From: Thermoplasmata archaeon
GTDB taxonomy: Archaea > Thermoplasmatota > Thermoplasmata > RBG-16-68-12
Direction of reading: 5' to 3'
Assembly: GCA_035636315.1 (NCBI GenBank)
Contig: DASPZJ010000021.1
Span: forward strand, 1,667 to 65,666
DNA: 64,000 nt
In this document: positions 63,829 through 64,000 of the stretch, one piece after another
How the letters are laid out: every line of letters starts with the position of its first letter
How positions within the stretch are numbered: the stretch's first letter is position 1
The notes under the pieces: model-generated
What the model saw: only the letters and a program-made list of their open reading frames with translations
What the model was told of the DNA's origin: nothing
Database searches by the model: none
Translations under genes and position numbers: made by a program

Positions 63829-64000
63829 TCGAGGCCCCTCCCGACCATGCTGATGAAGACGTCCTCCAGGGTCGGCTCGGACTTCTGCAGCGAGTGGACC
63901 TTCGCGCCCTGCGATGTGATCGAGCTCAGGATCTCCGCGACCGGCCCTTCGTCCTCGAGGATGAACGTGAGGTGGGAACGGTTCTTCGAGATGTCATCCT
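63825..64000 (-). CDS. ABC transporter ATP-binding protein, C-terminal fragment (runs off the window)
   Basis: Minus-strand translation ...DDISKNRSHLTFILEDEGPVAEILSSITSQGAKVHSLQKSEPTLEDVFISMVGRGLD* ends in the EDVF-type C-terminal motif typical of ABC-2 ATPases. Confidence 0.6.
   Translation of the reverse strand, partial: DDISKNRSHLTFILEDEGPVAEILSSITSQGAKVHSLQKSEPTLEDVFISMVGRGLD

Noticed and set aside
1-64000. CRISPR arrays, rRNA genes, IS elements/transposases/integrases
   Set aside because: No regularly spaced direct repeats, no rRNA-like conserved stretches, and no transposase-like ORFs were seen anywhere in the window.

Overview
This window is a high-GC (~65-70%) archaeal chromosomal segment. 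The proteasome alpha subunit N-terminus ([27 protein letters not shown]) is near-identical to the Thermoplasma form, and there is an MGMT-like/endonuclease V fusion of the kind described in Thermoplasmata, so I suggest a Thermoplasmatota-like lineage. Gene density is high, and many start/stop junctions overlap by 4 nt (ATGA, GTGA, TTGA). Many six-frame ORFs are R/G/P/A-rich artefacts of the GC content, so I trimmed or rejected them.

Main content, in order:
- Two tandem archaeal class-III-signal (type IV pilin-like) genes, each followed by the same terminator hairpin.
- A small rRNA/tRNA-modification cluster (SAM methyltransferase, Tsr3, Trm112-like).
- A 2167-aa AglB/STT3 oligosaccharyltransferase (WWDYG motif) fused to about ten CarboxypepD_reg-like beta-sandwich repeats and a C-terminal TM anchor, followed by a sequon-rich C-terminally anchored protein.
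- A four-gene operon: KaiC-like ATPase, roadblock/LC7 fusion, and two V4R-like paralogs.
- Translin, then a folate/purine one-carbon cluster (purD, folD, MTHFR, purH, purN) interrupted by geranylgeranyl reductase and a wHTH regulator.
- A GAF/fRMsr gene preceded by a 445-bp non-coding region with duplicated hairpin/terminator-like repeats.
- metG, a PHP phosphoesterase, and a riboflavin cluster (ribB-ribL-ribC-ribH) with a roadblock gene.
- A tRNA-Ser(GGA) that appears to carry a non-canonical 35-nt intron in the T-loop.
- The conserved archaeal exosome/proteasome superoperon in full (Pop5, PsmA, Sdo1, Rrp4, Rrp41, Rrp42, L37ae, RpoP, Pcc1-like, prefoldin beta, DUF106/YidC-like, Cmk, Cbf5, M48 protease).
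- ftsZ next to two tandem KaiC-like ATPases.
- RNase HII, an MtaD-like deaminase, TBP, the RNase P subunit Rpp21, and ABC-2 transporter genes.

No CRISPR arrays, rRNA genes or transposases were found.
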